This document shows positions 43,377 through 51,827 of a stretch of 64,000 nt of DNA, one piece after another (position 1 is the first letter of the stretch; every line of letters begins with the position of its first letter). The notes beneath the pieces are model-generated. The model did no database searches. It saw nothing but the letters and a program-made list of their open reading frames with translations, and was not told where the DNA came from. The stretch comes from Promethearchaeati archaeon SRVP18_Atabeyarchaeia-1 (GTDB lineage Archaea; Asgardarchaeota; Atabeyarchaeia; Atabeyarchaeales; Atabeyarchaeaceae), in contig CP147779.1 in the NCBI GenBank assembly GCA_037308085.1, positions 2,720,001-2,784,000 on the forward strand. Direction: 5' to 3'. Position numbers and translations under genes: made by a program.

Positions 43377-44342
43377 CTACTGCTCCGCTTTGATGGGGTT
43401 TCTGAGTACCCCTATTGACTCAACCTCAGCTTCCACCACATCTCCCGGTTCGAGCAGTCTGGGCTTTGGCTTCGCGTAGATGCCTACCCCTGAAGGGGTA
43501 CCAGTAGATATGACGTCTCCCGGCTCAAGCGTGATAGCGTCCGAGATGAAGTTGATGATGAAGGGGATCTTGAAGATCATGCTCTTCGTGGAGCCATTCT
43601 GTCGTACTTCTCCGTTAACTCTCAACTGGATCTTCAGGTTCTGCGGGTCCGGTATTTGGTCCTTTGTGACCAAGTATGGCCCCATGGGTGCGAAGGTGTC
43701 GAAGCTCTTCGCCCTGAAGAACTGCCTGTCATTGAATTGCATTTCTCTCTCAGATATGTCATTGAGAACAGTATACCCCGCGATGTAGCTGTATGCTTCT
43801 TTCTCTGGGATCTTTCTACCCTTCTTGCCTATTACAACTGCGAGTTCGGCTTCGTAGTCCAGCTTGGTTGCCGTCTTGGGGTAGATGATTTCGTCCTCGG
43901 TGCCCACTATGGCGGTCCAAGGTTTGGTGAAGAGGACTGGGTTTTTAGGCGGCTCTCGGCCGCCCTCCTTTGCGTGGTCGGGGTAGTTCACGGCGAGGCA
44001 GATGATGTTCTTTGGGGGCTTGGTGATAGGGGCGCACAACTTGACATCGCCAAGTCTGTATGCGATTGCCTCCTCCCCCCTTTTCATCTCGAAGACTCCG
44101 TCAGCGATTTCTCGCTCGATTCTATGAATCAGATCGCCGACCTTCCTTATCGAAGAGTCGCCGAACGAAAGGAGTCTCACAAGATCTGCGGGAATCTCTT
44201 CAACGGCTTCAGCCTCGCTCAGACCATTACAGGAGGCGTTCGCCAGGCCTATGTCAACTAAGATGCTGCCCTGCTTGACCAGCGCACCTAGGCGCTGTTC
44301 ACTGCTTGTCGTTCTCTTGAAGGTTGCTAGCTTCAAATCCAC
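43377..44342 (-). CDS. Fumarylacetoacetate hydrolase family protein
   Basis: IICLAVNY..H, PVLFTK, LDYEAEL, NDISER, KSFDTF.P.GP, TGTPSGVG. Confidence 0.93.
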   Translation of the reverse strand: MDLKLATFKRTTSSEQRLGALVKQGSILVDIGLANASCNGLSEAEAVEEIPADLVRLLSFGDSSIRKVGDLIHRIEREIADGVFEMKRGEEAIAYRLGDVKLCAPITKPPKNIICLAVNYPDHAKEGGREPPKNPVLFTKPWTAIVGTEDEIIYPKTATKLDYEAELAVVIGKKGRKIPEKEAYSYIAGYTVLNDISEREMQFNDRQFFRAKSFDTFAPMGPYLVTKDQIPDPQNLKIQLRVNGEVRQNGSTKSMIFKIPFIINFISDAITLEPGDVISTGTPSGVGIYAKPKPRLLEPGDVVEAEVESIGVLRNPIKAEQ

Positions 44343-44352
44343 GAGCCTCTTC

Positions 44353-45177
44353 TTATTTCAGCCCGATTATCTTTCTAGCTTCGCTTGGGTCAGCAACCTC
44401 CCGACCCATGTCCTTGGCCAACTTAACCAAGTTCTCGACTAGCTGAGCAGTGTTCTTGGCTGGAACGCCCTTCTTAACGTATGGGTAATCTTCCGTCCCG
44501 ACGCGTACATGTCCGCCCTCAGACAGCGATAGAACTGCTATCTTCAGCTGCTCGGCTCCCATCACGCTGATCGCGTAGACCGAGTTCGGCCGGAGGTACT
44601 TCACTCTGTAGTAGAACTCCTCGGCAGTCGGAGGGCTCCATGTGCCACCTGGCCATCCGAAGAATAGCGTCTGGTAGTGTGGCGGATCCAGTAGCTTCTT
44701 TCTGATAAGGTAGTCGAGGTTCCATAACGAGCCCGTGTTCCAGACCTCCCACTCGGGCTTTATCTTGGTGGCTTTGCATTTCTTGCAGTACTCTTCGAGC
44801 TCCTCGCGCGGGTGCAGTCTATGGAAGTCCTTCCCAGTGAATGCTTCGTCATGATGGTTCAGAATTATTGAGATCATGTCAGGCTTGTTCTCGAATATCT
44901 CCTTGCGCTCCTCAATTGATTGGCTTGACATGCCTGCTTGAATAATGATGTCGCACTTTTCGCGGATCCCGCCTATCGTTTCTTTCCAGCCGCCAACCCC
45001 GTGTATGTGTGCAATGCTTGCTCCTGCCTCGTAGCATTTGACTGCTTCATCAATTATCTCGTCCGCTGTTTTCGGATAGTTGGTCAGTTCGGGGTTAATC
45101 CATGAGAAATTCGCCGTTGCGGTTACAATAAGCTTCTCAATCTCATTCTTCTTGGATGCCACTTCTAGATTCACCAT
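44353..45177 (-). CDS. Beta-keto acid cleavage enzyme (BKACE/DUF849/Kce family)
   Basis: P.T.DEI..EA..C.EAGASIAHIH, KPEWE, GGHVRVG.ED, VA.P.EAR.I.GL. Confidence 0.9.
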   Translation of the reverse strand: MVNLEVASKKNEIEKLIVTATANFSWINPELTNYPKTADEIIDEAVKCYEAGASIAHIHGVGGWKETIGGIREKCDIIIQAGMSSQSIEERKEIFENKPDMISIILNHHDEAFTGKDFHRLHPREELEEYCKKCKATKIKPEWEVWNTGSLWNLDYLIRKKLLDPPHYQTLFFGWPGGTWSPPTAEEFYYRVKYLRPNSVYAISVMGAEQLKIAVLSLSEGGHVRVGTEDYPYVKKGVPAKNTAQLVENLVKLAKDMGREVADPSEARKIIGLK

Positions 45178-45208
45178 CTATTGAAATTAGATTGCAGTTA
45201 CCACGTGC

Positions 45209-45985
45209 TTATCGTGCTGCCCATCCGCCATCTATCAGGATATCGGCTCCCGTCATATACGAGGACTCGTCACTAGCTAGGAACAGTATTCCAGCTGCCA
45301 CTTCTTCTGGTTTAGCCCATCTACCTAGGACTCCCTGCGCTTCGAATTCCTTCTTGAGGTCTTCTGGATCCATGTTGCGCTGTTTGGCCTGCTTCGCCAC
45401 ATCGCTTCTGAGCATTGGGGTGTCTGTGGCGCCCGGACTTATGCTGTTAACCCTGATATGATGGGGTGCGAGATCCAGCGCCAGGGCCCGAGTGATCGCG
45501 AGTGCACCAGCCTTCGAGGCACAGTACAATGAGTGATTGACTTGTCCAACATGAGCTGCAATAGAGGCCAAGTTGACTATTGCTCCTGACTCCTGCTTAA
45601 TCAGGTGAGGAACTACATATTTGCAACAGAGGAACACTCCCTTGACGTTGACTCTGAAAAGAAGATCGAAGTCGTCTTCAGTATAATCGTCTAGTGAACC
45701 GACTCTGACGACTCCTGCATTGTTGATGAGTATGTCTATCTTGCCATATTTCTCGATTGTTCTGTAGACCATGTTCCGTACTTCAGCAGCCTTTGAGACG
45801 TCTGCTTTGACGAGGAGCGCATCAAGGCGCTCTTTCTTGATTAGGTTCAGCGTCTCCTCTCCGCCTTTCAAGTCGGTATCTGCAATTACAACGTTAGCGC
45901 CCTCCTTGGCAAAGAGGACTGCAGTGGCGCGTCCTATTCCCGAAGATCCTCCGGTGATAATAGCCACCTTATTCTTCAGCTTCAT
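45209..45985 (-). CDS. Short-chain dehydrogenase/reductase
   Basis: TGGSSGIG, NNAG, YCASK, PG.TDT, DGG. Confidence 0.95.
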   Translation of the reverse strand: MKLKNKVAIITGGSSGIGRATAVLFAKEGANVVIADTDLKGGEETLNLIKKERLDALLVKADVSKAAEVRNMVYRTIEKYGKIDILINNAGVVRVGSLDDYTEDDFDLLFRVNVKGVFLCCKYVVPHLIKQESGAIVNLASIAAHVGQVNHSLYCASKAGALAITRALALDLAPHHIRVNSISPGATDTPMLRSDVAKQAKQRNMDPEDLKKEFEAQGVLGRWAKPEEVAAGILFLASDESSYMTGADILIDGGWAAR

Positions 45986-46010
45986 CTCGCTTCGCCCTTC
46001 CTTTCAGCTC

Positions 46011-47144
46011 TTAGGAGACACAATATATTTTTCTTTCAAGTGAGGATATTCTTTCTGTACCCTTCGCCGTGACCATGTAAGTGTCTTCAATGCCCAACAA
46101 ACCTTGGCTGGCCGAGAGCGTCCAAATTTCGATGTCAAGGACATTATTCCTTGTGAATGGTAGTGGCGAGACGCCTTTCATAGGGTCGTAGAAGTGGAAT
46201 TCCTCGGTTAGTATCCCGACGCTATGGAATGTGACGAAGAAAGGCATTTCCTTTCCAGACTTCTTGTGTGCTGCCTCAGCGGCCATGTAGGCCTGCTCTG
46301 GTTTGACTCCAGGCTTGATTGCATCTACACACACTTGCTGGAGCTCAATCATGAAGTCGCTTGCCTCTTGTATGTCCTCAGGGGGGCTCCCTATTGACGC
46401 GTGGCGACTCACATCAGAGCTATATCCTCCATAAATTGCTCCAATATCGAACCTAGCAAGGTCGCCTCTTTTCATTCTCACGCCAGTGCCGGGGTACTCT
46501 GGGTCGCTACCGCCAATACCAAGTGTGACATGGTCGACACCCCATCCGCCCTCCTCAATAATCTTCGCCTTGGCTACTTTGATCAACTCGTTGTCCGAGA
46601 CGCCCTCCTTAACGGAGTCTATCATTGCTTCTATGGCGCTCTCCGCTATTCTTGTTGATTCCTTCATTCTTCTAATCTCTTCCTCGGACTTCTCGAGCCG
46701 CATCTCCAAGAAGATGTCGTCCGACATTCTAAACTTGGCACTTGGGAACTCGTTGGCCAATCTCTCATACTGGTAATATGGCATCTTGGATTCGATTCCA
46801 ATCGTCCCTCTGTCAGGCATTCCTGATTCTCTAACAATCGAGGCAAGACTCTCCAAAGCAGCGCCGACAGACACGATGCCAGTGACATCTTTGATCCAAG
46901 TAGCCTTGTCTGTGCTAGTGAAAAGCTGCCAGGATATGAGTGACTCTTCTCCGTCTTTCTTGATGGCTACTATCGTTGGGTACTGGTTGGCCAAGACGTA
47001 GAGGATCGGGTTGTTCTCGACATGCCTAACTGGCATGCCGCTTGCATAGAAGACATTCTCGGGCGAAGATGCTACGAGGACATCAACACCCTTACTCTGC
47101 ATAAGCTTGGAAGCTTTCTTCTTGTTATAACCTATGGGCTCCAT
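46011..47144 (-). CDS. M24 (Xaa-Pro peptidase/creatinase-like) hydrolase
   Basis: Creatinase-N domain (ENVFYASG), RLEKSEEEI, FDIG...GYSSDVSR, HSVG, IE, GIEDT. Confidence 0.88.
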   Translation of the reverse strand: MEPIGYNKKKASKLMQSKGVDVLVASSPENVFYASGMPVRHVENNPILYVLANQYPTIVAIKKDGEESLISWQLFTSTDKATWIKDVTGIVSVGAALESLASIVRESGMPDRGTIGIESKMPYYQYERLANEFPSAKFRMSDDIFLEMRLEKSEEEIRRMKESTRIAESAIEAMIDSVKEGVSDNELIKVAKAKIIEEGGWGVDHVTLGIGGSDPEYPGTGVRMKRGDLARFDIGAIYGGYSSDVSRHASIGSPPEDIQEASDFMIELQQVCVDAIKPGVKPEQAYMAAEAAHKKSGKEMPFFVTFHSVGILTEEFHFYDPMKGVSPLPFTRNNVLDIEIWTLSASQGLLGIEDTYMVTAKGTERISSLERKIYCVS

Positions 47145-47301
47145 ACATTAACCCACTCCAAAAAAGCATAGACACGCCTTCACATTTTTCCAAATCGAGA
47201 GCATATACTAGCTGATTAACCCTTTTGAATTCTGCGGTATGCCAAGTCCAACCTCGGCAGGACTAGACCATGAGGTTTTATCTGTGTTTACGTCACTTTT
47301 C

Positions 47302-47318
47302 CATTGACTGATTCAATG
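47302..47318. promoter_or_regulatory. 6-5-6 inverted repeat CATTGA-ctgat-TCAATG in a divergent promoter
   Basis: Lies between the divergent M24 and Gfo/Idh/MocA genes, just before TATAAT. Confidence 0.35.
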
Positions 47319-47356
47319 AGTCTATAATGCTACCTTGATCGGAGGGATTATTCTTA

Positions 47357-48430
47357 ATGGATGCAATTCGTACTGGGCTGATTGGTGCGGGAAGCGCCGG
47401 TCTTCTTCATGCGCTGTCGTATAGTCAAATCCCTGGGAAGGCTAAGCTTGTAGCCGTCTGCGATGCCAACGAGACTACTGCCAAGGGTATCGCAAAAACC
47501 TACAAAGCCGAGAAGACGTTCACCGACTACAGGAAAATGCTTGAGCTGAAAGACATCGACGCCGTCTCAATTTGTCTGCCTCACTCCTTGCACGCGGACG
47601 TCGCCGAAGCTGCCGCCAAGGCCGGCAAACACATTCTCTGTGAGAAGCCGATGGCGACGACTCTTGGAGACTGCGACAGGATGATTGGTGCTGCAAAGAA
47701 AGCTGGAGTCAAACTAATGATTGCTGAGAACCATAGGTGGACTCCAGCTCATATAGCGATGAAGGAGGCTTTGGACCAAGGGAAGATCGGGGATATCATT
47801 TTGGCACGAACATACGAAGTCGTTGATGAGCGTTCCAACATGAGTAATCCTAACCTATGGAAGGGGACCGCCGATAGAGCTGGCGGAGGTTCCCTGATGG
47901 ATCAGGGTGTCCACAAGGCAGCCATGCTAAGATGGTTTTGCGGTGATGTGAAAAGCGTTTACTGCTGGACTAGCCAGCAGATGATGAAGCTGCCCAACAA
48001 GGCTGAAGATACCGCAATGATGTTTCTGAAGTTTGAGAAAGGCGCGGTAGGAGACTTGTTCCTCAGCTTCGCGCCCATAGCCTACTACAACAACGCGTTT
48101 GAGCTTTATGGAACACATGGAACGATACTTGAAGATCACTCGTGGAGTGACCCTGTAAGGGTCTACTCGACCAAACCTGGCAAGGACAGCTACAGGTGGG
48201 TAACGCCAAAGGTGGAGCATCAACCTTATCCGGGATACTACAAGATCTCGTTTAAACTGGAAGCTGAACACTTCGTGGACTGCATACTACAGGACAGGCA
48301 ACCAGAGCCAAGTGGAGAAGATGGTAAGGCAGCAGTTGAAGTAGCCCTCCTTGGATACCTGTCTGCTAAGACGGGTAAAGAGATCAGAAGAGGAGAAGTC
48401 AGTTACGCACCGCTGAAGCTTGCGGGCTAG
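47357..48430 (+). CDS. Gfo/Idh/MocA family oxidoreductase
   Basis: GLIGAG, GKHILCEKP, GGG.LMDQGVH. Confidence 0.93.
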   Translation: MDAIRTGLIGAGSAGLLHALSYSQIPGKAKLVAVCDANETTAKGIAKTYKAEKTFTDYRKMLELKDIDAVSICLPHSLHADVAEAAAKAGKHILCEKPMATTLGDCDRMIGAAKKAGVKLMIAENHRWTPAHIAMKEALDQGKIGDIILARTYEVVDERSNMSNPNLWKGTADRAGGGSLMDQGVHKAAMLRWFCGDVKSVYCWTSQQMMKLPNKAEDTAMMFLKFEKGAVGDLFLSFAPIAYYNNAFELYGTHGTILEDHSWSDPVRVYSTKPGKDSYRWVTPKVEHQPYPGYYKISFKLEAEHFVDCILQDRQPEPSGEDGKAAVEVALLGYLSAKTGKEIRRGEVSYAPLKLAG

Positions 48431-48475
48431 AAACTCGGGGTTGTGTATGGTGCGACCTTTCAAACCCTTCACCTT

Positions 48476-48710
48476 GTCAGACGCGCCTACTGACGGAGGC
48501 ATGGCTTCTTACTCTATTTCAGTAGGTCTTCATCTTTCTTTGATACTGTAGCGCGCTAGGGACGAGAGTCTGCAAGCGGCGCGCCTGAAGTAAGTAGTAG
48601 CCAACCCGGTTCGCCTTGCTCGTGTACCCGCAGTGGGGGCACATCTGAGACTTGTAACTGGGATCAACCTCAACCAAGAGTACACGCTGCCTCCAGCCAC
48701 CTTCTTTCAT
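48476..48710 (-). mobile_element. tnpB: Degenerate IS200/IS605 (IS1341-type) element: tnpB 3' remnant plus right end
   Basis: VEVDPSYKSQMCPHCG...KANR zinc-ribbon/RuvC segment with frameshifts; right-end-like GAAGCCATGCCT...AGGCG...TGAC hairpin at 48509-48476. Confidence 0.75.
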
Positions 48711-48748
48711 GGATCAGCGTTCCAGTCGCTTTCACGTCGCGTATGGTT

Positions 48749-49012
48749 CTACCTAATGCCCCTGAGTATTGCGCTTTTGGTTGCCTGCATGATGAAGACC
48801 GCGTCCCGCATAGCTTTCGAGGCATCTTCTTTACTGTAACTCCTTTCCACCTAGAAAGTTGGAGCTCTCGCCTCCGCAAGCAATTTCGAGCTTGTTCAAT
48901 CCTCGCCAAAGTGAGTATCATCTGGGAAAACCGCTCCTTTTTCCTTGACTCCCTTCCAGAGAATCATGCCCAGGTCATGCACCTTAGGGAAATCTGTGCC
49001 AATCACCTTCAA
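48749..49012 (-). pseudogene. HEPN domain pseudogene
   Basis: One frame reads LKVIGTDFPKVHDLG...ED*TSSKLLAEARAPTF*VERSYSKEDASKAMRDAVF: HEPN motifs PKxHDL and Y..EDA with two internal stops. Confidence 0.7.
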
Positions 49013-49083
49013 CCGAAACCATGTTCTCCGCGAATAGTACCCTTCCTGAACGCGGCAACATTGACTTCTATTCACTCTTTGAG

Positions 49084-49158
49084 AAAGCGGTCAAAAGGGA
49101 CATACCAATTCTCAAAAGAAAACTGACATGCCTCGCGAAAAATACGAGTAGACCATGA
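49084..49158 (+). pseudogene. C-terminal fragment of a DUF86/HepT-like RNase
   Basis: KAVKRDIPILKRKL resembles the DUF86 terminal W..v..DIP.LK motif; the 5' part is missing. Confidence 0.4.
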
Positions 49159-49177
49159 AGCTTGTTAACGTTCTCTT

Positions 49178-49624
49178 CTACAAATAGTCGCTTAGGACGA
49201 TGACATTCAGTTCTTTTATCCGCTTGAGTTTCTTATCATTAGTGACAAATGCATCAGCTCCAATCCCAATAGCCGCCGAAATCTGAACGGCGTCAACCGT
49301 CCTGAGGTCGGGGTACTGCCCTCTGAGTCTCCCAGCCCTTTCCGCCACATCGACAGAGATCTCAATCAGACCAAGATTTTTCCCATACTTCAGAAACTCT
49401 GCAAACTTCCTTGCGAGATTCTCGTCTCCTGCTTCAATCGGCTTGGATAGAACTTCAGTAAGAGTCAAAACAGAAGAAAACGCAACTGCGCCATCTGACT
49501 GAAATAAGTCAACAATCTCTTTGACAAGAGGACCAAACTGCGGATGCGCCTCGATGTAATAGATAACCGGAGGCGTATCAATGAATAACCTGTTCACTCG
49601 TGAGAGTTCCTTAGATAGCGTCAT
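49178..49624 (-). CDS. vapC: PIN domain toxin (VapC)
   Basis: LFIDT..VIYY, SVLTLTEVL, LRTVDAVQ, FVTND; 4-nt overlap with the antitoxin. Confidence 0.93.
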   Translation of the reverse strand: MTLSKELSRVNRLFIDTPPVIYYIEAHPQFGPLVKEIVDLFQSDGAVAFSSVLTLTEVLSKPIEAGDENLARKFAEFLKYGKNLGLIEISVDVAERAGRLRGQYPDLRTVDAVQISAAIGIGADAFVTNDKKLKRIKELNVIVLSDYL

Positions 49625-49836
49625 ACCCGATCCTCTCTTAGCCTACCAACGTAGGTTTGAGCATCTTCATCCTTCCATAATCCCTTTCCAAGCCCATAGA
49701 GTTCAATCCAATCAAGTTCCTTCCTTCGAGGAATGCCATTTCTTCTCAGTTGGCGAGCAAGCTTTTCAACCAGTTCTAATTGCTCCTCGGGTGATAGCTT
49801 CCTTATTTCTTTCTCAATCTTCTCCAGTGTGACCAC
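49621..49836 (-). CDS. vapB: Putative antitoxin of the VapBC pair
   Basis: 71 aa, LSPEEQLEL...W..LYGLGKGLW...DAQ.YV..LR; immediately upstream of the PIN gene. Confidence 0.8.
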   Translation of the reverse strand: MVTLEKIEKEIRKLSPEEQLELVEKLARQLRRNGIPRRKELDWIELYGLGKGLWKDEDAQTYVGRLREDRV

Positions 49837-50252
49837 CTTCCATATCTATGGGTCGCTCACTAACCATTTAGCTGCGATCACATTAAAACGTATCTTCTCC
49901 AAATGGCTATAAATCTTGACCGAATGCTCACACCGAAAATTCAATTCCGAACGACTAGACCAATGTCGAAAGCTGTATTTAATGTGGCGCCGTAACGTTG
50001 GACACCCTTCTTTGTTTCTTTGCAGTCCTGTTAGACCTGTCTGAAGTGTTCACTGAGAACATATAGAGAAATCAGAAAAAGAGGGTTCGGAGAAAAGAGA
50101 AAGCGTGAAATGGAGCGTTCAAGCAAAAGAGATTTCATGGTGAGTGATCCGAGGACATTCCTCAAGGAACTGATCCCTGTCCTAGTTTATGTTTAGGGAT
50201 ATTCGGTTGCATGTTGCACATAATTCGGCTAATGATGACTTTATCTTCCATC

Positions 50253-50393
50253 TTATGAGGATTCAGGCTCCTTTATTTGAGCCTCAAGCTTTCGAGCTTT
50301 CTTCAATGATCTCGTCTTACTCCTTTTCTTCTTCGATAAACGGATCAAACGATCCCTATTAATAGTCGGCGGAGGAACTTGATCGATTCCCAT
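50253..50393 (-). CDS. Small basic protein (46 aa)
   Basis: ATG after GGTGGTG SD; MGIDQVPPPTINRDRLIRLSKKKRSKTRSLKKARKLEAQIKEPESS; below the ORF-track cutoff. Confidence 0.4.
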   Translation of the reverse strand: MGIDQVPPPTINRDRLIRLSKKKRSKTRSLKKARKLEAQIKEPESS

Positions 50394-50583
50394 TGCACCA
50401 CCGCTTATTTTCATCAGCCTTTGCCTACTAATTTAGTAATTGTTAGCACATCCTGACGGAGTTATGACTGCTTACTGTACATCATTAGGTTTCTTATGAA
50501 TTGGGAGAGACAAGTTAGGCTAGACTCTGGGCAGACTTGTTTTGGAGGGTAAAGGGCGGGGCAGAGAGCAGGAGCTGGAGATT

Positions 50584-50760
50584 ATGGCTAATAGATGGCG
50601 TGATCTGACACCAAAGGTCAGAGAGATTGGAGACGGGAGCATTGGCATTACACTTGCCTAGTTTCGGGTGTATTATGAATGATAATTAGATGGTTCATGT
50701 TGAGGGGCATCTAATCTCTCTATGCCTGACGGTCATCTGATCTTGGTCGTAGATCAAGGT
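50584..50760 (+). pseudogene. AbrB/MazE-like DNA-binding protein pseudogene
   Basis: MANRWRDLTPKVREIGDGSIGITLA* followed by several stops, then MPDGHLIL; matches the AbrB KV..IG.S.GITLP and DG.LIL patterns. Confidence 0.5.
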
Positions 50761-50962
50761 CGAAGCTGCACAACACAGTCTCCACCCTTCGATTCTCCGA
50801 ACTTGTCCTACTTCTGACTCCGATCAGGTACCAAGAACTCAGCACAAGAGAAGTAAATCGCAGAGCAAGGTTTATATGCCGCTCTCCCATATGAGAGCGA
50901 GGTGGCAGGAGCTCATCAACTCCTGCCGCGCTCTAACTGTAACAGGAGGACTGAATAACAAA

Positions 50963-51295
50963 ATGGCAGAGACAAAACCACTTTTTGGAATGTTGCTGAG
51001 CCTAATCGGTGGACTAATAATACTCATCGCCAGCGTTTTAGCAGCTGTTAACATTACAATCATCTTTGGCAGCTTGAACCTAATACCATACTCAGGTGTC
51101 TTCGGTGCGATTTGGGGAATTCTGATCATAGTCTTCTCCCTCTTGATGTACATGAAGCCAAAGAGTAAGATGATCTTCGGACTATTGATCATCGTCTTCG
51201 CGATCGTGAACATTCTGGCTGGCTACGACATTGTCTTAATCGGCTCGATACTTGCGTTAATAGGCGGATTAGTCGGTTGGTTCATGGGCAAGTAG
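50963..51295 (+). CDS. Small four-TM membrane protein (DUF4064/DUF6114-like)
   Basis: LSLIGGLIIL ... IGSILALIGG glycine-zipper helices; CAGGAGG SD; T-tract terminator at about 51331-51338. Confidence 0.75.
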   Translation: MAETKPLFGMLLSLIGGLIILIASVLAAVNITIIFGSLNLIPYSGVFGAIWGILIIVFSLLMYMKPKSKMIFGLLIIVFAIVNILAGYDIVLIGSILALIGGLVGWFMGK

Positions 51296-51385
51296 ACCCT
51301 GATGCTGAGCCGATCTAACCTAGCCCTTCCTTTTTTTTCGAAAAAGGTGGATCTCCTTCTGCGGCGCTTCTGTGTTTACTACCTT

Positions 51386-51424
51386 GTCAGTTACCCACCG
51401 CCAAAGCTTGTGGGCTTGCAACTC
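51386..51424 (-). mobile_element. Orphan IS200/IS605-family right end (omegaRNA 3' scaffold-like)
   Basis: GAGTTGCAAGCCCACAAGCTTTGGCGGTGGGTAACTGAC matches the GCAAGCCCAC..TTT....GTGGGTA.TGAC right-end hairpin pattern; no tnpB adjacent. Confidence 0.6.
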
Positions 51425-51827
51425 GGGTTTTACTTAGAAGTCTGCGGGGATGAGCGGTATAATTACTCCTGCCGTGAAAACATCTGCAAGGAAAATAAGG
51501 AACCTGTGAACTTTGCACAAGTTTACAAAGAAGGGACAAGTGTAAGAAATATCTAGAAATGCAGATCAAGGAAACCCGTGGCAAGCGATCAGAGATCATT
51601 GAAGGTTTGAAGTGAACTGTGCGAGACAAGACACGCTAACGGGCGCGGCAGAAGTGAAGAGGTTTTTCGATGCCGAAATGTCTATTAGAGACCAAACCCT
51701 TTTTCAGGGCAGATAGAGACGGATTAGGTAAGAGATGGTTTGTGCTGTGTTTTCTCTGAATAAGACTGGCACTCCACTTTCCTATTAGTCTCTAATCTCT
51801 TATCTACGTAGATTCTATCTGTCTTAG

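Noticed and set aside
48519-48710. Functional miniature TnpB nuclease
   Set aside because: Only a frameshifted C-terminal fragment remains; RuvC-I, RuvC-II and the final catalytic Asp are absent.
51440-51615. Cys-rich ORF remnant (VCGDERYNYSCREN / CELCTSLQRRDKCKKYL in two frames)
   Set aside because: It needs a frameshift, has no start codon and matches no family I recognise; too weak to call.
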